A DNA stretch of 64,000 nt from Octopus vulgaris (lineage: Eukaryota). The notes beneath the pieces are model-generated. The model was not told where the DNA came from. It worked only from the letters and a program-made list of their open reading frames with translations, and made no database searches. The stretch is from assembly GCA_951406725.2 (NCBI GenBank), contig OX597814.1, forward strand, positions 83,328,001 through 83,392,000, in the 5' to 3' direction. Positions 62,221-64,000 of the stretch are shown here, one piece after another; the first letter of the stretch is position 1, and every line of letters starts with the position of its first letter. The position numbers and the translations under genes were made by a program.

Positions 62221-63142
62221 TAACCGTTAGACTTTGTTTTCGTTATTTCTTCCTTCTGTTTTGCATATGTAAATTACAAGGATATGTCGTATGTGGAGTC
62301 TCATTTGTAGAAAATAGAAATAAACAGTCTTTGACTGCTATTTCTAATTTTTTCAGTATGTGGCTAAGCAACTTGTTGCCTGCCTCTTTTATTTATATAC
62401 TATATATGTATATGACAGGCTATCAAATTCATTCACAAAACTTTGGTTGACCCAGAGCTACAGAAGACACTTGCTCTACATAGCATATTCTAAAACTGCA
62501 ACAACATAGAGATTAGCACCTAATTTCTACAGTTGTCACCTACACTTTCCTTTTCTCTACCTCCCCTACTTAGAACCCCTTGACACTGGTTTTTCATAAT
62601 ATTCACTGCCTTGTCCATTCCCTGTTTCTAACCACTTCTCACTCCCCCTTTACACACTTGCATAAATTTGCAGTATTGTTCTTTATTGACATAACTAAAC
62701 CAATTTAATATAGATATATGATTATTTCACAATAGAAGAGAAATTATATTTAATTTTTATTTATTTAGTAATTATATATATATTGAAATCTAAGAAATCT
62801 TGCTATCTTGTTTTTAGCAGGATTGATTAACTTACATTTAGCACTAATAGAGAAATTGACTCTGTTTGAAAAGAGAAATTAATGTCATTTGAGAAAATTA
62901 ATTGTTTATATGAGAAATTATCAATAGTATTTCAAAATGACAATGGATTAAATGAATGTTTAAAAATGCTTGGTTATTGCATTCTTCAAAATGCTTACCT
63001 CATAATAATGTACTTCTAACTGTTTAAATATAAATAAAAAATATTACGTATGCATTAACATAACAACCATTTCTATCTCTATTTTTTGTTGTATTTGTTT
63101 TTTTTTTTGTTTTTGTTTTTTGTTTATGTCCATAGACGTATT

Positions 63143-63500
63143 CATGGCTCTATGGTTGAGAAGCATGCTTCCCAATCATGTAGTCTTAAGTTTAGTCCCA
63201 CTGCACAGCACCTTTGACAAGTGTTTTCTATTTTTGCCTCAGGCCAATTAAAGCCTTGTGAGTGGATTTGGTTGACATGGGGAAAGAAGCCTGTCATGTT
63301 TGTGTGTGTGTGTGTGTATGTAAGGCTGTTTGTTTCCAGTCTTCCTTGAAAAATCTGTCTGATCATAAGGAAATATTATCTTGGTTGTAAACGGAAAAGT
63401 TGTCAGCAGGAAAGGCATCCAGATGTTGTAAATCTGCAACAAATTTTGTCTGACTCATGCAAGCACGGAGAAGTGGGTGTTAAATGTTGATAAGAATGAT
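63143..63500 (+). mobile_element. SINE family C, near full length
   Basis: B-type head, (GT)n, C body and RTE-like tail. Confidence 0.85.
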
Positions 63501-63781
63501 GTATGTATATTGATTATTCTGTGCATACATTCTCCATTTTCTTTGCTTTGTTAAAATTTTTCTCTTGTATCAAAAAGATGAAAACATCTATAGCGAAAAC
63601 TGTGACTTCAAGAGTGTAAGGTAATAATTATCAAAGAAAAACCAACGATAAGTACTAGTACATATGCATATGTAGAATTCCAAGTATCATTAATAGATAT
63701 AGAGCTAAACTGGTGTACACTTGGATAAATATCCCTAGGAAAGAACAACTTCTTTCCACACACACATACACACATATCAAC

Positions 63782-63870
63782 CATCATCATTTAAAGTCTG
63801 CTTTCCATGCTGGAATGGGTTGGACAGTTTGACATGGAGCTAGCCAGACTCTAACTGTCTGTTGTGGCAA
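63782..63870 (-). mobile_element. Family-E tail fragment
   Basis: CATCATCATTTAAAGTCTGCTTTCCATGCTGG.ATGGGTTGGACAGTTTGAC. Confidence 0.8.
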
Positions 63871-64000
63871 TTGGAGCTGGACAGCTCCCAGATGGCCTAC
63901 TCAATGTATATATATCAATTGTCAGTATACATATTTTTTTGTAATAAGGATGACATTGACTTTCAATCCATCTAAGCAAGCAATATGCTCAATTATGTTG

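Overview
AT-rich, CpG-depleted, repeat-dense eukaryotic DNA, most likely intronic or intergenic, with one 100-N assembly gap. The SINE families, the RTE, Dong/R4 and Penelope remnants and the dense (AT)n/(CA)n tracts look like an octopod cephalopod (Octopus-like) genome; this is recognition from memory, not a database result. I can support no intact host gene. Most ORFs in the supplied track are microsatellite or SINE read-through. Recognisable content: (1) dozens of SINE copies in about four families; (2) decayed retroelements, namely an RTE LINE with a C4HC3 PHD-like finger inside its reverse transcriptase, two CR1/L2/Jockey-type RT fragments, a Dong/R4-like RLE 3' end and a Penelope GIY-YIG fragment; (3) DNA transposon remnants (mariner, Tigger/pogo, hAT and piggyBac-type MITEs, a Helitron-like element); (4) several long fold-back palindromes; (5) local duplications, including an 88-bp templated insertion into a SINE; (6) a few weak orphan exon candidates. 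The most interesting signal is a set of dispersed minimal hammerhead-ribozyme-like motifs (CYGANGA-A-stem-GAAA-palindrome-UH). Element boundaries were read by eye and are approximate.
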